Shown here in pieces: positions 23,786 through 36,984 of a DNA stretch of 64,000 bases; position 1 is the first letter of the stretch; each line of letters opens with the position of its first letter. Source of the DNA: Chara braunii (Eukaryota > Plantae > Charophyceae). The notes under the pieces are model-generated. The model was given only the letters and a program-made list of their open reading frames with translations, searched no databases and was not told the DNA's origin. The DNA is taken from assembly GCA_003427395.1 (NCBI GenBank), contig BFEA01000039.1:68294-132293 (forward strand), read 5' to 3'. Made by a program: the position numbers and the translations under genes.

Positions 23786-25846
23786 CTGTGATAAAGGACA
23801 GAGTGGAAACATATCCGTGTCACAATGCAGCCACATCAGGATTAGCCCTATCATCCTGCAATGAAAATGCTTGCAGACATACACAGAGTCTATTACAGAC
23901 CTATAAATACCCCACCTTCCTTCAATTCCCCAGAATCCAATAACCAGAAGGTCTATCAGATAAATTCTCCATTCTGACGAGTACGATTTTCAAGAAAGGC
24001 CACCCCATAGGGACGGGAAGCAGCAAAAAAAGGACGATGCCCCGCAAAAGATGCCCATGGTGTAATTGCATCTTCAATTTCAAAGTCATTATCTAATAAG
24101 TTTTCTGGGGCTCAAAGATGAGACCTGAATTTGCTTACTCAAGCTCCTTTGTGAGGCTCCTGGGCCGCCTGGAAGAATGATGCCCTGCCATAAGTGAAGG
24201 CCATGCCTTGCATTTCTGGGCAGAGGCTGGACCCCATCCCCTGTAAGTTGCTGAGGCCGCCCCCAGTAGGCAGGAGGGACTGCCAACTGGGACCCGCAGT
24301 TGGCCTCCAGGCATGGAAACAGAGAGGAGGCTGAGCAAGGCAGACACATTTGTGCCCCGGCTGCTTGTGGTAATGCTGTCTTAGCGCATTGTGCATGAGA
24401 GGAGGAGACCAGCTGTGGCAGCTGCTTGGCCAGCGCCTGCCATAGCCAGCAGCACTGAGCAGGACAATAAGGGGTGGCACTGGGTTGGGGAGATTAGAGA
24501 GATGGGACAGCAACTGGGGACTGGTGTTACTTACCTGGGATGGTCGTGGAGCACTCAAGCCGTCAGACTCTTCAGCATCATCTGGCGAGCGGTTTGTGGA
24601 CACAGCAAGCGTCAGGGAGAGTAGTCTAGTGTGTGTAGCTAGAGTGGGAGAGTAGCATAGGCGGGCACATCATACTAGGGCAACTACATCATTGTCATAT
24701 TGGTTATTGGACGTGTGAAGAGGGGTTTTCCTTGTCAAGAGACTTCAGTGTTCAGTGTCTTCTCATTTGGTGTGCTCTCGTCTTTTGTAATTCTGCTTTT
24801 AACTCAGCTCACGCATGCTTGGTCTGCTACAAGTCTTTTTCATCTCGGAATTTTTTGTTCTCATTGGTTGGTTCCTTGCGCCTGTCTCTTTGTGTTTTCT
24901 TTTTTCCTTCGTTCAACATTGTTTGTTAAATCCTTTTTCTTTCTCTCTCACTTGGGTTGGGATCACTCAGATCTTTACTTTCAATCAGCCCTGGTTTGGG
25001 GTCATGAATGGGTCCACTATTCGATTTGTTTGCTTTTATAATAGATAAGTTGAAGTTGATAACCCGTTTGCTTCTAAGTTCTCACCCTTTTCCACTCTTT
25101 ACATTGAAAATGGGTTCGCTATTGGCTTTGTTAGTTTTTATACTAGATAACCCATTTGCTTCTGAGTCCTGACCCTTTTTCACTCTTTACCTCGACACTG
25201 ATCATTTTGCCGCATACGTCTTCACTTCAGTTTAAGCAACTCAAACTGAAGCGCCATAAACTGAAGTGTTTGAAGCAATGCAATAAACAAGCAACTCTAA
25301 ACTTCTACACAATAAAGACGAAATGTTAGATTTCAGAAGCAATGCAAACTGCGGGCCATGGATTACTTCTGAATCCGCTTTGTGAGCTTGGTGAACTTGG
25401 TGTTTGCTTATCGATAGAGGAGAGGAGGAAGGAGCGAGGAGGAAACCACGGGGATAAATAGAGGAAAGGAGGAAGAAAGAAAGAGTAGCAAGGGAGGACG
25501 AGGATGCATGCAGGAGGAAACAGGACTAAAATACCATGGCCCCATCATGGGAAGGAAGTCTATGCACTGTGCACATCAAGAGTTCAAATCCTGATGGACT
25601 CAAAGGTGGAGCATGACCTCGGGTGATTCGGAACTGATTGATAAGCCACAATATTCTTTTTGTCATCATAGAGCTGACCGGGCCTGGGTAATCCGGAATT
25701 GTTTGGCAGCTCTGTTTATCTACAGCTCATTGGTGCACCGTTCAGCCACATTGACCTCGCTGCACATGCGACTACGTGGAGACGAGGTTGACGTTGTGCC
25801 CATTTGAGCGGATGTCGACTTCGTGCTGCAGTCCAGCCGACTTAAG

Positions 25847-25976
25847 AGCATAGAGATAAGATGTTGGGGGAGATGATGGAGGAGAGAGATGCTGGTGAGA
25901 TAAGGGGAGGAGCATAGAGATAAGATGTTGGGGGAGATGATGGAGGAGAGAGATGCTGGTGAGATAAGGGGAGGAG
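25847..25976. repeat. 64-bp tandem duplication (GA-rich)
   Basis: AGCATAGAGATAAGATGTTGGGGGAGATGATGGAGGAGAGAGATGCTGGTGAGATAAGGGGAGG x2. Confidence 0.95.
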
Positions 25977-26320
25977 TGACATTGGTTACAGCTTGTGTTC
26001 ATCTTCTTCTTCTTCTTTCTGTGTCTATTTCTCTTTCCAATCTCTTCATTTCAGTTGCAGTTGAATGTCCGCGGGAAGATGGACACGACTCATTTAATTT
26101 ATCCAACCACATGGTTGGAGACACCCAAATTGACGGCATTGTCCCTTTTTTACTTTTGCACTGTGAGATTTCCAGGATTATAACAGTGCATAAGTTGTAC
26201 ATGAATACGTTGTATTCTAAATTTCTAATACAATCTACGTACATTGTACAACTAACTTCCGGGTACAACTTTTCAGGAGCCAAAGGATATCAAAAACAAA
26301 AAAAAGATTCCCCTTGTGCG

Positions 26321-26646
26321 TAGCATGCCGAACGTGTTCGCACCCCTTCACGTTCGGGCGAACGTGTTCGCGCGTTCGCGCGAACAGCTTGCGGACATGT
26401 TCGGGTGAACATAACTTTTTTTCCGTAAAAAAAAAATAAAATAAAATTTTTAAAAAATCGGTTTTTGATTTTTAACTCATGATTGGCTACGAATTTGAAC
26501 ATGACTCCAAGGCAAAAGTTGCTTGTATTGTTATTTTACATAACATATTTTTTTTTAACATTTTTTATGTTCGCGTTCGGAGAGTTTTGGGCGCTTGTTC
26601 GCGTTCGGGCGAACATGTTCACGTTCGCCTCCGAACGTGAACACGG
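26321..26646. mobile_element. Probable DNA-transposon (hAT-like) end with clustered subterminal GTTCG/CGAAC repeats
   Basis: More than 15 copies of (T)GTTCG/CGAAC in both orientations in two clusters around an AT-rich spacer, starting at TAGCATGCCGAAC. Confidence 0.5.
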
Positions 26647-27599
26647 TGGGCCTTGAATTTCAATGCGAATTTCGACAAGACACTCTGCAAAAGTTGTTTG
26701 TCTTGCAATTTCGTACTCGTTTTTTTTTCGGGAATTTTCTGAATCTTTTCGAAAAATTGAAATGATGGCTTAGACATAGCAAATACAAGATACACACGTT
26801 GTATTCGCCTTCTTGTTCCCCCTGCATTTGGTTGCAAATTTCGACAATGCCCTCAGGCAAAAAATGTTTGTATTGCACTGTTGTACTAACTTGTACATCA
26901 TCCTTTTGCGGGGGCTTTTCGAAGCTTTTTGAAAATCTATATAATATCTCAGACACCGCCGCAAACCCCAAATAGAATGTATGTACCTTGTGTTCAACCA
27001 TACGCTCTATTCGGAAAAGAACAGCGATTTCTGAAAAACGTTTTTCAGAGGTAAGTCGAACGTACGTACGTACGTTTTTTTGGGGTTAAGAAGGCAGTCC
27101 TCTCCATCTCTAGGTCCTGTCTGCTCACTATTTGACTGCTTCTTGTGACAACCTGCAGAGGTTGACACAGGGTGAGCAGCGATGATTCCAATGTCCACAC
27201 CATGGTCACATTCTAGCATGTTTTGAAGTTCGTCTTCTGCGATTGCTTCCATGAAATCCAGTTCACAGTTGCAAACTGTAGCAAAATAGGGTTCCCTATT
27301 TTATTTTTCAACACGGTTGAGTAGTAGACAGGTCTTCTGGAACAGGGGTTCAAAGACCAGTGATGTTTTTTTGTTGTACACAAGAGCTTCATCAACTCTT
27401 TTACGACCGAGTACAAGTTAATTTAAACAGAGCTTCCCAAGAAAAATGCCATTCGTTTGCACGACACTCCCCCTCTCTTCCACGCTATATCTCATCGCTT
27501 CCACTCCCTTTGATTTGTCTGCCAATCAAAGTATAGGTGGTTTGAAAGTGTGATGCATGCCATGTGAATGAGCCATTGCACAGGTATCAAAACACCGAC

Positions 27600-27657
27600 C
27601 TGCTTTGCAAGCTGCTGTATCTGTTTTCGCCTCATCCGATCTTCCTGCTCCTGAAGC
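27600..27657 (-). CDS. Coiled-coil exon of PHD-DDT-WHIM1 gene
   Basis: TTGCAG|G LQEQEDRMRRKQIQQLAKQ|GTCGGT; 58 nt, phase 2-0, fits both neighbours. Confidence 0.7.
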
Positions 27658-28345
27658 CTGCAATCAACACACGCACACACACATGTCACGAAATGGCACT
27701 GATATACAACACTCGCACATGCCATGTCCTATTTACAGACGGGCTGGAACGGCAGTGCCTATACAACTGTAGGCCGCATGTGTCTATGTTGCTAGCATGG
27801 AGGAGCCACGTTGGCTATGACATACTGTCTACGCCGCGCCATCCGATGCAACTGCAACTTTGAGCATTGGATGTCGTGCTTTCAGTCCACACCCGGACCC
27901 ATCCTGTCCAGTCTGCAGGGGTGGTCACTTACATTGGCGAGCCCAAGCACTGACTGGCCTCTTGTGCCAATTCACTAGCAGTGTGCTTTGCCAGTCAGTA
28001 TTGAGGAGCCTATGAGGTACGACATTCCCCTGTTCATTCTATTCCTCCTTTCCCCCTCTTCCTCTCTTCCCTTCCCCTCCTCCCACCCATCGTGCAGAAC
28101 TGCTAAGTGTATAAGAACGAGCATCGTTAAGAGAACAGACAAAATATAAGGTGCAGGTGTCCTGGAAAGCAAACAGGTGTGTAGAACTGTGTACACATTC
28201 CACGTTCGAGTACACATACGTGGTGGACCTTCCACCTCTAGCTCTATGTCAGAGTTATCAAATAAAACTTTAGTCACCTTGCATACTCTAAATCAAGTGC
28301 TTGACAGCCACATTGGACTCGACAAAGACAGATGGATTGTCTCAC

Positions 28346-28434
28346 CTTTTCAACCTTGCAGCTTCCTTGCGATGGCACTTTGCACACTGCCATCTGAAAT
28401 TTGCTTGCGCGCTTTTGGCTGCTGCATCATTGTC
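28346..28434 (-). CDS. Exon carrying the end of the PHD finger
   Basis: ATCCAG|DNDAAAKSAQANFRWQCAKCHRKEAARLK AG|GTGAGA; the WxCxxC motif completes the PHD; phase 0-2. Confidence 0.7.
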
Positions 28435-29248
28435 CTGGATAATAGAACCAAGGAATGCACACAAGTTCCGACTAGTCGTACTCAGCAGTAAGACTATTCA
28501 TCAGCTAATCTCAAATTCCTGTTTGCCAGCATGCAAGCTGATGTTAGGACATGGAGAGGGGGGCCAAGGGGGGAGGAGAAAGGTTAAGGTGTGGAGGAAT
28601 GAATGAGCCTGATGAAACACCTCCATGGCTCAATGTTATACTATGTTGCACTGTGTGACGAAACCTCTATCAAGCTGCCGTTCCTTTTGTGTGAAGGACA
28701 TAACATTTCACTATACTCTTTGAAGTTACAACGGGCCCTCCGTAACGGGTGGATGCGGGCCCAACAAAAATCGACGTAGGGGTGTGCCAGAGCGGGTCTG
28801 GCCGCGCAGGATTGAGGTGGGGGGCGACGGTTGGCAAGGCGGTGGTGGGCCGGCAAAGCGACGCGACGCTGGGAAAGGGCGGGGCAGGGAAGAAAGAATT
28901 TGTGCGGGGGGGGAAGGGCCAGGTCGGTCTATGCAGGGGTGCATTCGGATCGTGCAGCTGCATACGTGGATCGCATTCGCGCCAAAGCCGCGCATTGCGT
29001 GCGCATTCGAGATCGAGGGGAGCGAGCAAGAACGGGAGAGCAGCGAGATCGTATGTGGCAGAAGGCGGGCGTCATCACAGCGCGAGACAGAGAGAGGTGG
29101 GGAGATAGAGAGATCGCCAGGCGCAGTTTGGAATAGGGGAAGGAGGAGGTTGCAAGGGGGAGGAGGACATCGTGCAAGTGGAGGAGGAGGCCGGAAGAGA
29201 GTTTGAAAGAGGTCGGAAGAGGACGTGCGAGGGGGAACGATCGCCGTG

Positions 29249-29250
<2 letters not shown>

Positions 29251-29329
<79 letters not shown>

Positions 29330-30480
29330 NNNNNNNNNNNNNNNNNNNNNNNNNNNNNNNNNNNNNNNNNNNNNNNNNNNNNNNNNNNNNNNNNNNNNNN
29401 NNNNNNNNNNNNNNNNNNNNNNNNNNNNNNNNNNNNNNNNNNNNNNNNNNNNNNNNNNNNNNNNNNNNNNNNNNNNNNNNNNNNNNNNNNNNNNNNNNNN
29501 NNNNNNNNNNNNNNNNNNNNNNNNNNNNNNNNNNNNNNNNNNNNNNNNNNNNNNNNNNNNNNNNNNNNNNNNNNNNNNNNNNNNNNNNNNNNNNNNNNNN
29601 NNNNNNNNNNNNNNNNNNNNNNNNNNNNNNNNNNNNNNNNNNNNNNNNNNNNNNNNNNNNNNNNNNNNNNNNNNNNNNNNNNNNNNNNNNNNNNNNNNNN
29701 NNNNNNNNNNNNNNNNNNNNNNNNNNNNNNNNNNNNNNNNNNNNNNNNNNNNNNNNNNNNNNNNNNNNNNNNNNNNNNNNNNNNNNNNNNNNNNNNNNNN
29801 CACACACACACACACACAGGAGGAGGTCGGAAGAGGGGAAGGAGGACATTGAGCAAGTGGAGGAGGAGGTCGGAAGAGAGTCTGGAGGAGGTCGCACGAG
29901 GGAGAGGAGGAGGTTGGAAGAGGACGTCAGAGGGGGAGGAGGAGGCCGTGCAATAGGAGGTCCTGCGAGGGGGAAGAGGGATGAGTGGGAAGAGGATGCG
30001 TGAGGGGGAGGAGGCGGCCGCGCGAGGGGGAGGAGGAGGTCGAGCAAGGGGGAGGAGAAGGTCTGAAGAGGGGGAGGAGGTCGAGTGAAGGAAAGGAGGT
30101 TGCGCGAGGTGGAGGAGAGGGTCACGTGAGGGGTACGAGAAGGCGGGAAGAGGGGGAGGAGGAGGTCAGAAGACGATGTGTGAGGGGGAGGAGCAGGTCG
30201 TGCAAGGACGAGCAGGAGGTCGCAGGAGGGGGAGGGGGAGGTCGCACAAGGGAGAGGAGAGGTCTGGAGAGGGGGAGGAGTAGAACAAAAATGATGACGG
30301 CTGGAGGAGGATCGAGGATGGAAGCACAGGAGGAAGGAGTGATCCTAATGATGATGGCAACGACCCTCATCGCCACGGCGACGACCACGGCGATCGAGGA
30401 GGAGGGAAAACGAGCAGGAGAAGGGGCCACAATGGGACCGCGCAAATACAGCACACACACACGCGGTGATGGAGGAAAGA
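29251..30480. repeat. (CT)n, gap, (CA)n, then GGA-rich low-complexity tract
   Basis: Directly visible simple repeats. Confidence 0.95.
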
Positions 30481-31547
30481 GGAGGGGGTTGCTTTGTGGA
30501 AATTTCGACTGTTTTTTTTTTTTTTTTCCCCTGCTTCTCAATCTTTGGACTGTGTGGTTCCAACACCCACGCAACTGTTTCAACCTGACAACTCAGCTCC
30601 CAGATGACAGTGAAAGAAAGAGATTCTTTTTACAAGACCAAAAGGCACTAATCCAGAACACATGGACACATCACATCAGCATATTTCAGATTAAGGAGGA
30701 TGGGCAGTAGTGCTACGCTTCTGTAGACACCTGTTTCAGAGTCCTCATCAATCTCAATATGCACCACACAGCCTAAGTGACCAGGTAGTGGGTCTGAACT
30801 ATATGATCCACAAGGCTAGTGTTGTGCTCCACATGCTTGTGTCAGCATCTCCTTTTTGGTATGTCATAAATCCATATGCTTGTGTTACCACCTACTGTTA
30901 ATAAATCATAAATTAATGGAAACATAAACGTACATATGTGACAAAAAGCAGGTTAAGAGAATGAGAAATGACAACAAGGACAACGGCAACAACAAGAATG
31001 AAGGTCAAGACAAGGATGTTGTAAACAAAGGACCTATCCCAAGACGTTTTGCTCAACTCACTTAGCGTCCATCCAGCTATTTCATCGAGTCATTTAAACC
31101 ACCTTTGTATTTGGACAGGTGCCAAGGTCCGAGGCCACCAGACTTTTCCCTCGTACCATGGCCATCGCAGGTCTGATTCCATGGGCCACCAGGAAAAGTA
31201 TGCAGGCCCTGGAATCCGGGCGGTTTTGAAATAGAGTGACAGTTTAACAACTCTCTGCCTTTCTACATCCAGGTTCTGCTGCAAACAAGGGTGAGAAGGG
31301 ACCACACACACTAACTCCATGTGGCCAAATTCGCATGCCAGAAAACCAGAGTCGACACATTTTTGGTCTCTCATCATAGAACTGCAGGTTTATATGAGTC
31401 AAGCCGTGCTCGTTTATTGAATAACCAATCCACAGGTGTGCAAATGAGCAAGACAACATCATAGCCAGCTTGCCAAAGCATTCAAGAGTTTGATAGTGAC
31501 ACCATTATCACAAGCAGCCAACTTGGGGTCTGCCTGGGCACCCTTAC

Positions 31548-31644
31548 CCCAGAAGAGCTCAGACAACCCATGTGGCAAGACCGTGGGCACAAATTGCAGC
31601 GAAGTAGCTTCGAACCCTTCAAGCACGCTGCACGCCGACATATC
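31548..31644 (-). CDS. Exon carrying the core of a PHD finger
   Basis: TTGCAG|G ICRRAACLKGSKLLRCNLCPRSCHMGCLSSSG|GTAAGG; ends in phase 0 and joins 28434. Confidence 0.72.
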
Positions 31645-32028
31645 CTGCAAGGACAAAGGGGGTAGGCAAAGCATTTGTCAAAAGAAGAGGTGTATATTCA
31701 TATGTCGCTTGCTAGCTGCCGTAACATTTCATGAAAAAGAGAGAAATGGTACACCCTTCAATATTATCTGAATTCAGAAATTCTCATCTGCTAGTGAGTG
31801 CCACATTCCTTTACCACTAAGGAAGCCGCAGCATATAACCACCTCTATTCACTTTCTAAAGAGACGTGATCAGATGAAACAGCTAAAATCTGTTCCAATT
31901 CATCCCTTGCAAAGCCGTGTTCTCTGTAGCATACGCACAGGGCCTGGTTCGGTGCAAAAATACTACAGGCCCCACATGCAGGGACTTTCCAGTATTGACA
32001 CCGACCATCGTACACAGGATGCACCCAC

Positions 32029-32151
32029 CCCACATGTCCTTAGCATTGGCCCTATGTAGCTCTCCTTGGTTTCCATAAGCACATCTACCCCTCCGACGAG
32101 AGTCTTATTAACATCATCAGCAAAGCAGCACTCCACAATTTCACAAGAATC
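32029..32151 (-). CDS. Probable upstream exon of the same gene (ends RTCG); phase off by one base
   Basis: TTTTAG|DSCEIV...PMLRTCG|GTGGGT; would give TCGIC (the first PHD CxxC) if the G run were one base shorter. Confidence 0.4.
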
Positions 32152-33924
32152 CTAAAACTGGACGGACAGATTTTCTATTAATCGCCAAAGGCTGAACAAG
32201 AACAGAGTTATGGTTATGCCTGCCTTATCACCGCTACATATGAGCCCCATTTGCTTAACCTCCAATGATGGACATGAAGATAACTGAAACCAGCCTGTCA
32301 CAGAGTCCTGACAAGCGGCTATCCTGCTCTATATAATTTTCCCTTCATTGCGTTGTATCGAGGAGAGCAAGCCCCCGCATAACACACTAAAGCGCATCAC
32401 AGGAATCCCCTCAGGCACGTAAGAGCACTTTGATGAAAGGGCCTTCCCAGAGGCCAGGGGGTGCTGAGTTGTAATCACAAGAAGCCAGCATAACCTTGCC
32501 TCCTTTGAACAACATTTTCCCTTCAACACATTGCATCCATATGGAGCAACCGGCCCCCCCAAACCAATGTTGCATCCGACCATCTATCTTCCCAAGAAAA
32601 TATTTCAAAGAATCAAAACACCACCGCCCATGGAATCTGTAGACCGAAATAAACAAATACCAGATTAACTGAGCAGAGTGGCAATCAGGCGATGCAGTGT
32701 TACATAGTGAAATGCTATCAGAGACGACATTAGGGCAAACAAAATTTTGAGGCACCTTCTTTCTCTCTTTTTTTCATTTTTCGTTGATAAGAGGGTGATG
32801 GTCTTGAGGTAGAACTGACCCTCTCCAGGTAATTCAGAGTTGCAGTAATTCATTCATCTGAGTACATCGAGATTTGAACTTCAATCTGTTTATCAAGAGT
32901 TACATGGATGTACCATTCAGCCACATGGGCTGGGTGGTGGCGCCTTCTTCCAAAACTGACAGTTTAAAGAGAGCCCCATCATGTGCACTTGTAGCAAACT
33001 GTGGAGTTTAAGTAGACATTCTCAAAGTCTTACTTCCATCACCTTCTGCATCTGTTCACCTGAGACCCTGACATGATATGGAAAGGAAAGCTGTCAGCGC
33101 AAGCTACACACATAAGAAGAAAGATGTTGTAGTGATGTTGTACAAGGATGGGAACTTACAGACATCGCTCTCTCCCACCTCGCTCTTTCTGTGCTTGGTG
33201 ACCCGGAGCCTCCTGTTTCAATGTGGTTGCAATCAAACGCTAACTTCAATCAGAGTCCATCACCAGCCAAACAAGAGCCCAGAAACACCACAGATAACCC
33301 TTCTATCAATCATCGTCATTGTACAGCACAGTTGCATCCACGACCACAATGATTGACGAACAGAACAAAGCATGAGTTGCAGCAGTCCTAGACCATAGAA
33401 TGCTCCAGGTACAACGTCACCAGCATACCTTTCTCAGCCTTCTCGCTAAAGATCGAATGTAGTATCTGTTCTCATCCGTTCAGTATCCGATCCATGGTCC
33501 ATTTGGCCACAACCCAAAACAACAAGAAAAATTCACCGGCTAAGGATCAAACAAGTAATAGGGAACTCAAATGAGAGAAAATGCAAGACTTGCTGAACTC
33601 AGAAAAGAAGAGGAATAGAATGACAAGCATGGACAAAGGAGAATTACACAAGTTGGAACCAACGTCTTCTCCCTCTTTTCCTCCCCATCTCATCATCTTC
33701 TTCCTCCTCTTCAAGTAACCAATGAATTACAACAACTAGATGACCTGTTGCAGCTTTGCTTGCGAAATAACAGGATGAACAGGATGGAATACCAACGACC
33801 ATGTGGAGTGGGCGATCATTCACCAGGAATGAACCAATGTTTTTTTGCAAATAAGAGAAAAACAAATAAGCAAATACACAATAAGAAAAACCACAGGAAG
33901 GAATACCAACGACGGCTGACTAGC

Positions 33925-36310
33925 CGGGAAATCATATCTGGACCAGGTGGCCACACGAGGAGGGCCTCTACTGATGTTGTGTGCGTGAATGGGTGATCAT
34001 ACTGCAGCTGCACACGCCTATGGGGACCATGTCACGACCTGTATGCCGCAACTTTCTAACACTACATCACTGTTCCAGTTGTTAAAGCATTCGGCTATTG
34101 AGCCACGATGCCCAGTTCAACTTTGGGCAGGCTCATATCAAAGAGAAGTACTGAACATTACTTACCTCAGCAACTTGCCAGGAAATGACACCACCCCGAC
34201 CAGGTGGCTGTGTGAGGCGGGCACATGTACCCTTCAGAAGTGTCTTGGGTGATGTCATATGCAGGAGTGGGTGATCATACTGCAGCTGTGCATGGGTGAG
34301 CGGACGTCACGACTGATACGTGGCTTTACCTTTAACACCATGTCACGGTTGCAGTGGCTGATGTATCCGCCTGTTGAGACACCATCCAGAGTCGGATTCA
34401 AGATAACTACTGAAAAGTACTTAAGGGAGTAACTAACTAGTCAAGAAATCATACCCTGCCTGACCAGGTGGCTGCGTAAGGAGGGCCCATGTGCCGTGCA
34501 GGAGGTTCTCAAGTGATGTTATGTGGGTGAGTGGGTGATCTTACTGGCACCGTGCAGGGGTGGGGTGGATGTCACAACTGCGATAGCTCCGTTTTTTAAC
34601 ACTCTAGTCGCACTTGCAGCGGTTAAGGCATCCAGCTGTTGATCCAGAGATCCCCAGATTCCGTTCAGGATTGGATCACAGAAAATCACAGAACAGTAAT
34701 TACTGCAGCAATTAGCCAGGAAATCATATTAAGACCAGGTGGCCACATGATGAGGGCCCATGTGCCCTGCAGGAGGGCCTTTTGAGTGATGTCATATCGC
34801 CAGTGACCATACTGCAGCCATGCACGGGTGACATGGATGTCACAACTGGTATGATGAGGGCCCATGTGGCATTCTGACACCACACAGGCCCCAGTTAGCG
34901 CCCGGTTCCGTAGTTAGGCTTAGTTTAGGCCTAGGGTCAGGGGTCACGTCGGTTCAGACCGGTAGGTCGGACCAGAGGCCGAGTAGGCCAACAAGGACCT
35001 GGCCGGTACCGGTCCAACACTAGGACCTACCGGTGGCGGAGTTTTGAAGGCGGCCAAGTTTACGCGCCACTTTTCAGATTTACGGATCGGATCTGAACCG
35101 TTGGACTGAGCAACGGTCCAGACCCGAAGATACCAGCAGCCTAGAGGCCGGCCCAGCACTATATCAGCCGGGTACCAGCCTCAGTAGGTTATGTTAGTCC
35201 AGGACAGCGTTTTTGGCATTAGGATTAGCGCAGCAGCAAGGAGGATTAGCGCAGTCGCAAGGAGGATTAGCGCAGCAGCGAGGAGGATTAGCGCGGCTGC
35301 GATCAGCGGCACCTCGCTGGGCCAGCCCGCAGCCCAGCGCCCAGCTCTGCAGCGCCATAGCTGCATCGCCAGGCTCGGCCTCAGCGGACATCGGCAGGGA
35401 CAGCTCGGTCACTCAGGTATCAGGGAGAAAGGCTTCACCTTTCTCCCTCCTCCTCTTCTCTTCTCTTCCTCTCCTCCTCCGCCCTCTTTCTCCTCCTGCC
35501 CTCTAAGTCTAAGTCAACTTCTTGGGTTACTCCTACTCGACTACTACGAGTATGAAGGATGGTTACGAGTTCTGATGATATCAGAGATAGCAACATTGAG
35601 ACTTTCGGTTGAGGACGACTCTTGGGGCTCCGACTTCATCTACCTCTGGAGATGTATCTTGGCATTAGGAGATCGATATCTGAGACACTGTGAGACTCTG
35701 TATTCGCGACATTTCGGATTTTCGCTGTTTATGACATTTCGAGATACTATGTTTGGAGACATTGGGTTGACGTCATCTTCCCTCTCCTCCTCCCTTCGTC
35801 TCTCTTCCCCTCCATTCATCTGTGTATGAGGTCGGACCCTGGCCTTGTCTTCCATGTGCAAGGCCAGGGCTTTCACACCACCGATGCATGTTTGTGAGGG
35901 ATTCGTTGCATTCTGCGTCAGGTTTGAGTCAATCTATGTGTATCAAGTCTTCTGCTGTAATTGTATTTGCTCTGGTCGGTTATGGGATTCTGCGCTATAC
36001 TTATGTCTGTGTTCACGAGTATGCAACAGCCCATGTGCCCAGCACGAGGGCCTTGAGTGATGTCATATCGCCAGTGACCATACTGCAGCCATGCAAGGGT
36101 GACGTGGATGTCACAACTGGTATGGCTCCACTTCGTGGCATGGGTAAGGGACCATACTGCAGCCATGCAGGGCGGCGGCAATATCACGACTGGTATGGCT
36201 ACAATTTTGAACACTGCATCACAGTTGCAGTGGTTAAAGCATACAGCTGTTCAGCAAGAGGCACCAGTTCTATTCCTGCAGGGTGAGATCAAAGAGAGGT
36301 ACAGAACAGT
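33925..36310. repeat. Degenerate ~260-bp tandem array (about 4-5 units) interrupted by a solo LTR
   Basis: Anchor GACCAGGTGGC at 33941, 34198, 34462 and 34733; shared GATCATACTGCAGC and GATGTCAC.ACTG motifs; resumes at 36029. Confidence 0.8.
34865..36028 (+). mobile_element. Solo LTR with 5-bp TSD
   Basis: TGTGGCA...TGCAACA termini; GCCCA duplicated at 34860-34864 and 36029-36033; internal 21-bp tandem AGGATTAGCGCAGCAGCAAGG (35221-35300). Confidence 0.92.
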
Positions 36311-36467
36311 CTCACAATATATATCCAGGGCATGAGGCATGCGTCCCACACCAGAAGCCATCCTGACTAAAGCACCCTGTGCCTCTACCAAGTCACTTGT
36401 TCTGAAAGGCACAGCCCATGGAAACCTCACCTCCAGCTCGAACTAGAAGCCAGAACCAGGAGGTTCT

Positions 36468-36984
36468 TTTTTTTTTTTTTTTTCGACAAAACAGAACCTA
36501 ACGGTTCTGGCTCCTTTTCCATTCTGGGGAGCATCAGTCCAGTTCCTATTCCACCGGCAAGTCAGAAATGATTACAAAGGTTACTCACACACGCTCCTCC
36601 CCTTTATGGTAGGAAGGCCCGAAGGACGGCATTGATTACTTCCCGTGGGAAGGATGTACCATCATTCACCCCTGCCTAAGTTAGCCTCTTGACGTAACCT
36701 NGGGCTTGTAAAGCCTCACCGGAGTTGTGAACTCAGTGTTATGGTGATTGTCTGTTGAACTATCTGGGCTTCCCTAGTTCTGCCTCTCAGCTGTAAGGCT
36801 GTCAAATCTGTGTGAATTACTGGTAGAGCTAGGTCTGTCTTCCACTGTCTCTCTTACCTTTGCACCCTTATCCCTAAACAGAACCCCTTCGGAGGCCTTG
36901 CCGGGCTGTAACTTCTCGACACACCTCTCTGTCCCTTTTGGAGGATTTCTAAAAACTTTTAAACCCAAAACCCTTCTTCTGTTT
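36468..36984 (-). mobile_element. 5'-truncated L1 3' end with poly(A) and 10-bp TSD
   Basis: AGGAGGTTCT at 36458-36467 and 36985-36994; poly(T); homologous to the L1 3' UTR at 3283-3330 and 42110-42265. Confidence 0.85.

Noticed and set aside
24000-25200. Possible further LTR remnant (CAGCCATAGC-like motifs, T-rich tail)
   Set aside because: No termini, TSD or partner copy could be defined.
28726-30710. Long ORFs of 240-400 aa
   Set aside because: Artefacts of N gaps and CT/GGA low-complexity sequence; the same applies to the X-containing ORFs at 13.1-13.9, 21.0-21.7, 46.9-47.4 and 50.4-50.8 kb.
31090-31290. PWWP domain exon (FSWWP, KVWWP)
   Set aside because: The PHD exon splices cleanly past it to 28434 and no other PWWP features are evident; likely intronic chance.
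36490-36560. Hammerhead ribozyme (CTGATG after a stem on the minus strand)
   Set aside because: The core reads CUGAUGC/CUGACGC rather than CUGANGA, and no GAAA follows stem II.
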